A stretch of DNA of 64,000 bases, taken from NCBI RefSeq assembly GCF_000002075.1, contig NW_004797285.1:1653232-1717231 (forward strand), in the 5' to 3' direction. The notes under the pieces were generated by a model that worked only from the letters and a program-made list of their open reading frames with translations, did not search any database and was not told the DNA's origin. This DNA comes from Aplysia californica. Lineage: Eukaryota. Below are positions 15,301-27,100 of this stretch, piece after piece; position 1 is the first letter of the stretch, and every line of letters begins with the position of its first letter. Both the position numbers and the translations under genes were made by a program.

Positions 15301-18300
15301 AATATTTCCTTTGTATCTAGATGTTGTCCCCAAAATATACATTACTATGTTCCTTAACAGTCCTACCTTCAGCGTAGAGTGTTTAAATCAATGTTTGGGT
15401 CCACACTGCCATTATCAAGTATAAATTTAGTATAGTTTTGTCATTATATCTTTGTTCATTATCTAAGTGTTAACTATTGACATTGGAATTATTATATTTT
15501 GAATATCTCAGAACGTCATATAATGTTGAAGGATTTTTATTTGGCCCAGATTCACACTCAGATGAGTGTATAAAATCAACGTCTTTAATTTGTCCAGCTG
15601 CTCTTATTTTGGATCACCACAAATCCTTCCTTGGCCTTATACTTTTCTAATATTAAAAAAAAATTGTGTTTATTAAAATTGGTTATCTATTGATATTCCT
15701 TATTGTCTCTGTCGTTCCCAAGAGTCTTCAACTCATTAGTGTTAGCTTTATTTCCTTTTGATTGAAAACTCTCTCTTATAATATAATAATATATTGAGTT
15801 TAGTTTTCTGAACTGCTAGTCAGCACTACTGAGGAGTCCTTTGGGTCCATACTTTATGAAGACGTTGTGTGTTACATTCTTACTGTAGCCTCTTTCTTCG
15901 AGGTTTGTGGTGGGTATTGTTATAACTTACTCTTTGGTTATCTGCTTTCCTTTATTTTAAAAAGAAAGATAATTTGTTGTGTTTTTAAAATTCTTGTGTC
16001 CTTCTTTCGGAGTACTGTGTCCGTGTTTCTCGTAAGACTCAAAGCACACTTTATCAGTTCAAGTCATGAGGAATCTCATAGCATGAGGGATAATTCAGTT
16101 CAAACATTTCAGAAAATATGTGCATATAAGATACTTTATTTTTATTTTTTTCTGAAGCTAACCCAACACCTAGTGCTGGACAGTTTGGATCCCCAACTCC
16201 CTCACCTAGTGCCGGACAGTTTGAATCCCCAACTCCCTCACCCAGTGCTGGACAGTTTGGATCCCCAACTCCCTCACCTAGTGCTGGACAGTTTGGATCC
16301 CCAACTCCCTCACCTAGTGCCGGACAGTTTGGATCTCCAACTCCTGGTTCTAGTCAGCCATGTGTCTCTGGGTGGTCCTCGTGGATAAATGAACATGTGT
16401 CTCTGGGTGGTCCTCGTGGATAAATGAACATTCTCCAGTGGGCACTGATGGTGATAATGAGAAGATGAGTAAAGAAGAACTTGCCAAGTTTTGCCCCAAT
16501 GGAAAAATCACAGACATCCAGTGTATTGACGCACAAACTGGAGATGATTCAACCAGTCTGGCCGAAGCTTCCTGTACTGTGGAGGGAGGACTTTCATGTA
16601 CAAGCCTTCCTTTCCCTGGCATCCCTCCTTGTCATGACTACAAGATCAGATACATGTGCTCCTGTTCAGGTGAGTTTATGTAGTTTATTTTACATAACCT
16701 TTTCCTTGCTTTTCCGTATTGTCCAATATGTAAACAAGATTTTTATATTCTGTGATGCGCAATTTAATTTAAGAAATTTTATTTTGAATAAAATTTATCA
16801 GAAGAAAAATACTATTTTTTGCAATTGTTCAGGTGTTTAACTCCTTCAATGCCGCAGGTAAATAGGCCCCATTGCCGGGGGAAATACCATGAACCAAGGC
16901 TGCTCAAGGGTGATCCCACTCTACATCCCATAACTTTTTTATTTATGAAAATTTCCTCATGAATTTATGCATATACATTGTGCATTGGACCACATTTCTA
17001 TTGGGGAATTTCATTGAGAGATAGATGGAGAAAAGATGGAGTTAGTAATATGATGCCAAAAACAATCCCATCGAACAACACAAACAATACAAATTCGAGT
17101 AATGATAAACTGAGACCAAAAAAAGGGGACATGTTGTGTGAGTGTTTGCAGGTAAAGAAGAAATGACAAGAGGCTTTTCCTACCTTAAACAGCACTCATA
17201 CCATCCATATATATACATATAAGCGCATCTTTGTTTACTGCCAGTAAATCATTTTTGTGTGGTAAATGTGTTAGATCTAGATCTAGATCTAATCTTCTCT
17301 TCGAGCTAAAATCTAAATCTGACGCTTTCAATTTAATTATTGACTATGTGCTTTTTAATGTCTGTGCATGTGTGGAAAGATTGAGACAAGAATATTTGTA
17401 AAAGGGATTTCTGTAGGCCGTAAAGAATAAGGATGTTTATATATAAGTTAAGTGTCAAGATAAATGGGCTTAGTCAAACCACTTGTCCACCATTTATTTC
17501 TGAATGAGCACTGGTTTAGACATTTTCTTTGATGGCTTGTGTAGGCATGATCATGATAAATCATAAATTGTGACTGTTATGGTTCTATTATTAGATTCGC
17601 AGCTACAATTACATTTTATCTATGAACAATGAAGGGTAATTTTCATTTATTTTTTATCTTCTGAAATTAGAGATTTTAAAATGTATTATTATGTGATTAA
17701 AGATATTTTAAGCTGGTTAAATCTTCTACAAGTTGAGTATTTCTTTTCATTGAATATGTAAACCAATTTTCCTTTTCAGATGCTGTGACAGCCACCCCTG
17801 TACCCCCAGTGTCTGTTACTCCGAATCAGAAGATACAGGTGAATTGTGACTGGTCACCATGGCTTAATGCCGACAGTCCAGATGTTGGAAATGGTGATAT
17901 GGAAACACTGACAGAAATTAGACGCACTTTTGGAGTTTGTCCCACTATTGCTGACATTGAGTGTCGGGTGGCTGGCTCGCCAACATTGTTCTCACAGGCG
18001 GGTCAAGATAGGCTTATGTGTGATGTTTTGAATGGGTTCAGATGCTTCAACAATGAACAGAAAGATGGCCAGTGCTTGGATTATGAAGTGAGAGTTTTAT
18101 GCTGGGGCCAGCAATGTACAGGTAATTGATTCTTTTTTCTTTTTTTTTTGACTAGAAATGAAAGCCTGCTTAGTTTTGTGACATTACAGTGTGTAAGATC
18201 ATTTATATTGATAAGTAATGTTGCAATAAGGTCAAGAATGGAGTTGAAGAAAATATGTGTATGAAGCTCCTAATTAGTCTCTTTTGTAGAATTAAATTGC

Positions 18301-18991
18301 TTTTGTTTTAAAGAAGTATGGTTTATTGTTAAAGAAATAATCAAAATGTTCAAGACATGATGTAGCGTGAAGGGAGAGTCTTCCTGGGAAGTTCAAATCT
18401 TTAAAAAATAGATTTTCCTAGATTCATTGCCTATGTTAATTATTGGTTGTAGATTATCTAAAAAAATTGTGTGCATGATGCTGGTATATTTGTAACCTAC
18501 TTTTATCACTTGTAGTTGTAGTCCTGACATGTTTGCTTTCACTGACAGGTCCAACACCAACACCTCCTCTAGACCCAACTATGGGACCACAGACCACACT
18601 GCCAACAGATGAAGCAAAACGAACCACAGGTCTGTTTCATTTTTTTTGACAAGTATACTGATATAATTTTTAAAGCGAGGCAGTTTTACTTCTTTGTTAT
18701 AAATGTTATTCTCTGCCAGTGATCTTTCATTTCAAGGGAAATGTGGGGATTTCATGGGAAATGTTGGGCCAGTGATTTTAGTTAAACTGTCTTGTGGCTT
18801 ATATCACTATTTATATGCTATGTAATGATAAACTTAATGATAGTTCTCATAATAAGGATACTGAGAATAATAATTATGTTGATAATGATACTGCTAATAA
18901 AAATGATAATAACGATAGTGATAATATTAATCATAATGATGATAACAATAGCAATAACAATAATAATAATAATAATAATAATGATTATGAT

Positions 18992-19022
<31 letters not shown>

Positions 19023-21129
19023 TATCCCTATTGGAAAGTATGTTCAGTGATGCTTCACAAACTATTAATGCTTGTTTGGTAAGAGTTTTATGGTGCTTGC
19101 AACTGCATAAGGTCATATAAACCTGCAGGACTCTAGTGGCTGTTTCCTCGTTATGTCACAGCACGGCTTGGTTTTACTTTGTAAAGGAGGAATGATTGAA
19201 GTGTATAATTCCCAGTAGAAATTCAGTATTAAAAACAGCGTTAATATTTAAAATAACACTTTCTACATTTTAGAGTAAAGATCAATGGTCTTTATGAAAT
19301 TGAGAATTCTGTTAGGATCAATGGTGGAGAACAAATTCTTCAAATTAGTGCCTTTAGAATATTTCCTTCGAGTCTCTCCTAAAATTGGGCATTTTATTAG
19401 AATGGAACCCAACATAAAAGGTAATGCTATTATTACCATGACAGTCCTTTCAATATTTCAAAGTAGGCCTATGCTCAGCTTCCTGAGAAGCATTTAGTTT
19501 AAGATACATGTACCATTTTACAGTCGCTCTATCCTTAACTTCTGACTAGATATTTAACTGCCTTAGCCAGGTACCCATTCTATTCTGGGTAAAATGAAGC
19601 AAATATGTATTTATTTAAATGTCTTTCCTAAGAACACAGTATTAGGCATGAACCTGTATTTGAATCTGCAACCTTTTTTTTGTGAGTCCTGCAACCCAAC
19701 CACTAGACTACAGATTCCCTTGTATAATATAAGCTGTGAAATTTTTTAATTTGCGATTGATTTTGAAAAAGGAGAGCCAGGAACTGAATGCAGAATAATA
19801 GATGTTTGTGTACTTCAACTGTAGGTTCTTGTCCCCCGGGAGAGGAATGGCAGTCATGTGCCTTCAACTGTGAAGAAGTTTGCGACTTTATGGGCCGCTC
19901 CAGTGGTGCCTGCCAGGGCATTCTTACCCAAGAAGACAATTGCATTCCTGGATGCAGACCTCCACCTGAGCTACCTCGCACTCAATGTGGGCTTAATGAA
20001 AGGCTCATTGAACCTGGTGTTTGTGTGCCAAAAGAGATGTGTACTTGCTTGAAACCGGATGGAACTGTTGCAAAGGTTGTTATCATTCATAGACCCTACT
20101 GTTTTAGATTGTTAATTGCCTATAGATGTGTGCAGCATTTTCTTTTTTAGCATTTTCCTTCTAGATTTCATGGCTAGCGGACCCATGTCGGTTCTTCTAC
20201 TTATAGCACAAGTAATTTCTAGGTGAAAGGCCTATTTTAATTCATGTAGGAACATAATATTTTGTATTTTGAGGCTGGCTTGGAATCTGGTACTTGGTAA
20301 TGAGAGCAAAGTGTCTTTGATGAGATTCATGAGCCTTTCTGTCAATAATGTTATATATCCCTTGCGGACACCTGAAGCTGTCTAAATTGAATATCTTTCT
20401 AAAATTTACTGCCTTCGTATTAATAACTGTAACATGTGTATATCTCACATGTCTATCACATTTCTTTCACATTCTTTTGAAGAAATTTTAAAGAAATGAT
20501 TCTGTGAATGGAATTTGTGAAACACATTTACCTTCTTTGCTCCAGAATATGAATGGTTTTTGAAAGGTATGTAGTAGTTGTAGTTCCTTTTTGTCGGCAT
20601 ATTCAGCTGGATGTTGTTTCTGAACATATTTTGCTCTGCAGATATTGTATTCTGAACAATGTTTTGGATGTTTCTTCATTTTGGTGCTTTTTGTTTCTAT
20701 CTGTTCAGCCTTTTGAAATGTGGGACAACCCAGAGCGTGAGTGCTCTAGCTGCAGCTGTTTCAATGGAGAAGTCATCTGTGGCAGCATGGATGGATGTAG
20801 CACAACCCCTCCTCCTCCCGGACAGACAGTGGCACCATTGCCTCCAGTATGTGGCTGGAGTGAATGGATGAATGAAAACAAGCCAAGTTTAGGTAAGGAC
20901 AGCTTCCCCCCTCCTGCCCCTCAATGTTCATGGTCCATTGTTGTCAATATGTAAAAAGTTGTGTAATCAATTTGTCTGTGTTTACCTTATTTACCTTTTT
21001 CATTTTTAAAGACAAACGCTATGTGTTTCTTTTGTAGTTTTTTTACGCTGTTCTAAGGGGGCTTTAGTTCCGTTATTTTCTCCTTCAATCTTCCACCACC
21101 TGTTATCGCATCTCTCTAATTGTCCCCTC

Positions 21130-21188
<59 letters not shown>

Positions 21189-24100
21189 CTCTCACTCTCT
21201 CTCTCTCTCTCTCTCTCTGTGTCACTGTTGGCCAGTAATTATATATGTATCACAAGGCCGTGGAATCAGGCGCTTGTCATTATTTTGCATAAAATAATAT
21301 TATTGGTATAATCTGAAAACCTGTTCAATTATCTTTCTTTTGATGATAAAAATTTTCATCTATCTTGAATGCAAGTCATGATTGGAGGAGGTGGTGGTCA
21401 AGTGGTGTCAGAGGTAAAACCACAGAATTCTACACTAATAGAACGGGAACTGTACCACGTGACCTGTGAGGAATTGAAGACTGAAAACAATGGCGTCTTG
21501 AGGGCACGATTTATCGTTTTCGGAAGTAACCCTATAGCTTTTAAAGCAAGAGCGGATTTTACAAACGAGTGAAAAGTGGAACATTTACTGTCCAGTTTGT
21601 AATTTTGATTTACAGAATTCACTGTGCAACTAGAGATTGGAATTAAGGTTTTAAATTGTTGTGTTTTTGGGTGCAACAAGAGAAACAGCAGACATAGATC
21701 ATAGAGAGTTTATAAATATAAGATCTACAGAACTGTGAAAAAAATCGTAACACGGATGGGATTGTTCACAGCACCTCTAGCTTCCCACACACATTTTGCA
21801 TACGCATATGGCCTACGTAATTTTTTAGTAGCACAACTTGTTACAAGAAATTTGTTTTACACTGAACATATTTTTTCACTAGATCTAATTAATGTTCTCA
21901 AAACATGCGTTCAATAATTAGCTTTATGTCGCCAGCAGAAGTAGAAAAAAGGACGGACTTGCTTTTAAAAGAGATTTAGCTCCAGCTAAAAACCTTTTAA
22001 AAATCTGTAGAAACCATTGACTGGGGTTTTTTTGGTGAAATATTTGGCTAGTATTTATTAAAGAATTTTCTTTAAAGAAATTTCTAGAATAATATAGAAC
22101 CTATAGATGTGTACAAATGTTTGAAAAAAATACTCATCGGTTAAGACGAATTGATATAGATCTAAAAGTCATTGTGTAAAAGTAGGAGAATCTAGATCTA
22201 GGTGTTCGATAGTTCAGTAGCCTAGATATTTGATAATAAGTTGCGCATCAAATTTTTGACCGCATGCTACAGTATAATTATGATTATAATGTAAGATTCC
22301 AAATCTGACGAATATATTATTAAATAGCGTATAATGCTGAGTTAGCCAATGCATTGCAATGCGCGCTATTATCAATTATTGAATTGTAACTAGACTTCAA
22401 TTTGATCCGTAACAAGAGACCACTTATTTTTTTATACGTGTTCATGAATGTGTGTTTGTTTATTGTGTGCGGGGATTAAAAATTAAAGATTAAAGATTCC
22501 AGATCTGATGAATGTATTTATAAAATAACGTAATAGTGCTGGGTTAGCCGATGCCTTGCGATACACGCTTTTATCAATTAATTGAATTGTAACAGGACTT
22601 CGACTTTTCTGCATTTTTGTGTTTTTGGCAGCATGTACAATAGGCCTATGTATTTTATGTGCAACCGACACATTCTCTAATCTCTACTCTTGTATTTGTT
22701 AGACTCGCACGTGCTTTAAACAAAGCATGTTGTTGTACACACTACTGATGCAAACACAGATGAATTCTTAAAGTGAGAAATAATACATTTCCTCAATATA
22801 AGCTCAATTTATTTATCTCTTTCTAGTAAATTGGAGAAAAGGCTTATATTATTCTTTTTTGCTTGCTTTGGATGGCCTTAAGTTTAATGACAATATTATT
22901 GTAGTGAGCATGTTACTGTCAGCGTCGCCTTATCGTAGATCTAGTACTTATCAAGACTATATCTAAATATTTTGCCAACAGAATTAATGTTCATAATTAG
23001 TGTTATTATCAAGTGTATTGTGATTGTGAAGATCTTTAGTAGATCTAGATATCTTGAGATCTAGATCTATCTAGTTCTAGATCCCATCCCATCATTTAAA
23101 AAAACAACAAACCAACAATACAAATACAAAAACATTGTAACATTTCCAATTATGACATATTGTTGGCAATAAAAATGTACTAGACTATTTCACTATATTT
23201 CTTCTTCGAAGAAAGTTTTAAAATACTGATGTAGGGTGTCTTCCAAGCCCTACCACTAGCATCAGCGTGCATAGCAACGCAAAGCCTCGCTGTGCGGCGC
23301 AGCCAAAGGTGCCCTCAACCGGCCGCCATGTTTTAGTTTCAATTCCTCACAGCGAATCGGCGATCGCGAAGAGGGAGTTCCGCTTCTATTAGTGTAGAAT
23401 TCTGTGGGTAAAACTAACGAGAAAATTGCCGCCAAAGTTTGGAGACTTCCAAAGCTTCAATATCTTTGGAAATTGCAAATTTATATGTTTTGTGGCTTTT
23501 ATTCAATATCTTTCAGTAAAAGTGTTGAGCAGAAAAATGTCAGTTTCTTTGATTTTATTATATTGCAGAGCACCTTAGAACACCATGATGCAACACATTT
23601 GTATTTTACATTTTTTTCTATCAATTAAGGTTCTGGTGGTGATATGGAGCTGCTATCAGCTCTGAGGCCGAGGTATAATCTATGTGATCGCCCAGTGAGG
23701 ATAATGTGCCGAGATGTAGCTCTGAAAAAAGAGGCAGCAGATTCTGGGCAAGTGGTGACTTGTGACGTGAATGAAGGCCTCAAGTGCTTTGATTACAACA
23801 ACCCTGGGAGATGCGATGACTATGAGATCAGTGTTTACTGTGCATGTACTCGTAAGTCCATCATATATCCATAACTTTTGGAAACCTGTCTTTAGCCTGA
23901 ACTCGCTTTGAGGATTTTGTTTTGCCAAGGATCAAATTATATTTATTTCATTAGACTCTTCTGTCCTTCTGAATAGCTGCATCAACTGTAATCGTCTATT
24001 GGCTCAAGAAAAGGATATTGCTACATAGCATAACGACTTGCAAATAGTATGTGTGCATATTGTAGAGGCAAAAAAGCAAAAATTAATTTTTTCAATATCT

Positions 24101-27100
24101 GTAGTTAACCTGCAACCGTGCAGGTGAACTCTTTACTCATATAATTTACATGCTGTACATTGTCATTTAAAGGCTAACTGCTAGCTGTTTACACAATATA
24201 TTTTGGCCTTGCTGTTTTCATTCTTTTCAGCAACGCCAGCTCCGAATGAAAGCGGTCTTGGTTCTCCAACTCCCAAACCATCTCCCTCGTGCACGTCTGG
24301 GTGGTCAGCTTGGATCAACAGAAACTCACCAATAGGCTCCAATGGGGACCAGGAGAAGATGACCCCTGAGGAATTGTCCAAGTTTTGCCCAGGTGGAGCT
24401 ATCACAGATATCCAGTGTGTTGATTCAGATACGTTGGATGATTCCACCAGTCTGGCAGAAGCAACGTGTTCTGTGGAGGATGGACTTTCTTGTACAAACA
24501 TTGATTTCATTCCTCCTTGCAGAGATTACAAGATTCGATACATGTGTAACTGTTCAGGTGAGAGGGTCTGGGAATTTGATTAATATTGATATGTTGCCTT
24601 CTAGTATTGTCAGTGGACATTTTTTCAGTGAAGAGCCTATCACTTTTGTCAGTTCTTGTCCAGCCTTTTGGTGGTACCTTGTATGTATTTTAGAGTCACA
24701 ATTTTTTTTTTCTATATTGACTTTGGTTTAGTTTCAAGTATACTTTTCCCCCTTTTTTCATCTTCCTTATTTGTTTGTTGTTACTGTAGTATCCCGTTTA
24801 GATCATTTTTGCTCACTTATGTGGCTGCATTGACAATTTTTAAATTTGGAAAAATAATAGGTTGTAATATTATAGGCCTACTTTAAAAAAAGATATTTAA
24901 ACAGTTATATTACTCTCTCCCAGGGGTTTTACATGCTCAAACAATTCAGTCTTGCTCATTATCATATATAATTGTAAGGGATTCGTGTACATTGTATTTC
25001 ACATAGAGGTAGGTATTGTCAGGTCACATTTTTTATTTCCTCAGTCAGAAAATTGTTGTGTTCACGATGTTCACAAAGGAGTATTTCCTATTAACATCAC
25101 TTATTTGAAGGGAGCACAAACATTTTTCTTCAGCTCGGTCCGACGTTGTGTCCTTGGGAAAGGCACTTTACACGAACTTCCCACTTGGCTCGGTCCTATC
25201 GGAGACGGACGTTAAATTAGGAGGTCCCGCCTCTTAAATAACTTAATAGTGTTAATAGGGGCGTTAAACTCATACCATTTCATTTTTCACAAAACATTTT
25301 TCTGTTACATTGTAAATCTACATATGATAGACACACAGACTGTGTTGATGATATGAATAGAACTACATGTTGAAATCACAGGTCTTCCTTCACCTTTTCT
25401 TTAAAACTTTTTTCACATTCTATTGGGATTTGTAGGACATCTCCATTTTTATGTAATATATCTTTTCCAGGCGCTCAGCCTACTCCGTCCCCCCAGGGAA
25501 CTGTGCTCTCCACTTCAAAGCTGCTCTCATCAAGTAGTACAAGAGGACCCAGCACTCCTGCACCACAACCAGTATCTGTCATTACCACAACCCCTGGACC
25601 TGCTCAAGCTTGTACACCAGGCTGGTCTTCTTGGATCAACCAAAATTCTCCTGTTGGCACTGATGGTGATTATGAAAAGATGACCAAAGCTGAACTGTCC
25701 GCCTTCTGTCCAAATGGTCAAGTGACAGATATTGAGTGTGTAGATTCAGACACTGGTGATGACGCTACCAGCCTTGCTGAAGCTGAATGTAACTTGGAAG
25801 ATGGTCTGTCATGCACCAACATTCCGTTCGATGGAATCCCTCCATGCAGAGACTATCAGATCAGATACAAGTGCAACTGCTCTGGTAAGTTCTTTTTTCG
25901 TTTATCATATGTGAATCATCGTGGTGAACTCAGGAGCTTGTCTAAATGATGAAATTGAAGTTGTGGGCGTTTTTCTGATGGTTTTGGCAACTTTTATCGA
26001 ATTAAAAAAAAATGTTAGCTCAACATCTTTTATGTTCATCTAAAAACGCATTGCTGTGTGGATTTTACCAAAAAACATTGATTAAAAGCACAAGAACTAT
26101 ACATTTTCAGTTTTCAAGAGCTCTCAAGCCATCAAACTTTGGCGGCCATTTTCTCGCTAATTTTACTTCTGAAAGCAGGCAACCCTCACCTCCTTTAATT
26201 GCAAATATCTCGACATCTGTACGAGATAGAAGGGCATTTTTTCATCCAAAGCAAGGCAAATGAATAGGTTTTAAGTGTATACTCCATATGCCCCAAAATT
26301 GACAAGCGCCCGATTCCACTACGTCGTGACACATATTTTTATGTATCATGACGCATTGGAATAAGGCGCTCGTCAATTTTTGGACATGTGGAGTTATTGG
26401 TATAATTTTAAAGCTTGTTCATTTGTCTATCATTTGATAAAAAAATACTCAATTAACATAAATAAAAGTCAAGATATATATATGCAATTGAATGAGGTGG
26501 GGGTCACCTTGTTTCAGCCGTAAAATAAGCAAGAAAATGGACATCGAAGTGCAGTGACTTTCAAAGCTTGAGAGTCCTTGGAAACTGAAAATTGCATTTT
26601 TTGTGCATTTAATCAACGTTTTCAGAAATATTACACAGATATGTATTTTTAAATGGAGATACAAGATGCCGAGCCTAAAACCAAAATTTGATAAAAGTTG
26701 CCAAACTGTGGGGAAAATGCCGGAATCTTTGATTTCATTAATTTGACGAACGCCTGATTTCACCACAATGCCTCACATATTTGCTTTTGTGGTATTTACT
26801 TCTCTCACAAAGTTTCAATGCTGCATGACTTACCCTCCATACAGAGACTACCAGATGAGATACATGAGAAAATCTATCTCTTTGAGTTCATTATAATTTT
26901 AATGAGCGCCTAATTTCACCACGATGCCTCACATATATCTTTTCCAGGCGCTCAGCCTACTCCGTCACCCCAGGGAACTGTGCTCTCCACTTCAAAGCTG
27001 CTCTCATCAAGTAGTACAAGAGGACCCAGCACTCCTGCACCACAACCAGTATCTGTCATTACCACAACCCCTGGACCTGCTCAAGCTTGTACACCAGGCT

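Noticed and set aside
16820-16836. TGCAATTGTTCAGGT resembling a CysD exon end (CNCSG)
   Set aside because: Only about 15 nt of similarity with no upstream homology; may be chance.
18792-19120. Poly-Asn/Asp and poly-Ile ORFs
   Set aside because: Translations of an intronic AAT microsatellite; no compatible splice sites.
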